Shown here in pieces: positions 63,576-64,000 of a DNA stretch of 64,000 nt. The translations under genes were made by a program, and so were the position numbers. The stretch comes from Camelus dromedarius (Eukaryota), in NCBI RefSeq assembly GCF_036321535.1, contig NC_087437.1, positions 82,648,001 to 82,712,000 on the forward strand, in the 5' to 3' direction. The notes beneath the pieces are model-generated. The model worked only from the letters and a program-made list of their open reading frames with translations. It had not been told where the DNA came from and did no database searches. How positions within the stretch are numbered: the first letter of the stretch is position 1; the number at the start of each line of letters is the position of its first letter.

Positions 63576-64000
63576 CATGATTATAACTCTTCTAAGTTTT
63601 AATGAGTAAACCCTTAGTGAATAACTGAAGTCCCATTTGTTCTTAGCATTTGCAATAAATTTAGAAATTTATATCCCAACTCAATATCTTTTAACACTGA
63701 GAAGAAACTGTAATCATTTCCATTGACCTTTTCTAATCAATACAGGCACTTGATTGTTTTACTCTGTATTTTTTCAAATTCTGTGTTAGGTAAAGTGGTC
63801 AGAATAAGCTACAGTATTCCAAAGACTGAAAAATGTAGAAATCTCTTCCACATAGGATGAATAATAGAATTCTATTTTAGAATGAATCCTTGGGGTATGG
63901 GGTTATTAAGGAGCGGTGAAGGCTGTATGGTGACTTGACTTGACATGGCTAATCTGGCAGTATAGGCTTGTATCTGAGATAGATAGAAAGCCTGCCAACA

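Noticed and set aside
63600..63850. Possible antisense CR1/L3 fragment
   Set aside because: Only one short motif ('cagaataagctacagtattcca') supports it.

Overview
AT-rich, CpG-depleted mammalian non-coding DNA (intergenic or deep intronic). It is very probably camelid (camel, alpaca or llama), judged from a Vic-1-type tRNA-derived SINE and a camelid-like L1 3' UTR. I recognise no host protein-coding gene, structural RNA gene or CpG island. The ORFs I can identify in the track are broken LINE-1 ORF1/ORF2 pieces; the rest look like chance ORFs. Roughly half of the window is transposon-derived: four large L1s, L2, MIR, CR1/L3, MaLR/ERVL/ERV1 LTRs and hAT MITEs. The most informative signals record retrotransposition mechanisms: (i) a TSD-flanked ~0.9 kb block of apparently older L1MC/L1MB fossils inside a younger L1, a candidate orphan 3' transduction; (ii) a SINE whose TSDs enclose an extra unique segment and a second A-tail, a candidate SINE 3' transduction; (iii) a twin-primed inverted L1; (iv) a poly(A)-only insertion; (v) several unexplained local duplications. 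Repeat family names come from recall of consensus sequences, not from a database search. I found no evidence of a novel multi-gene system.
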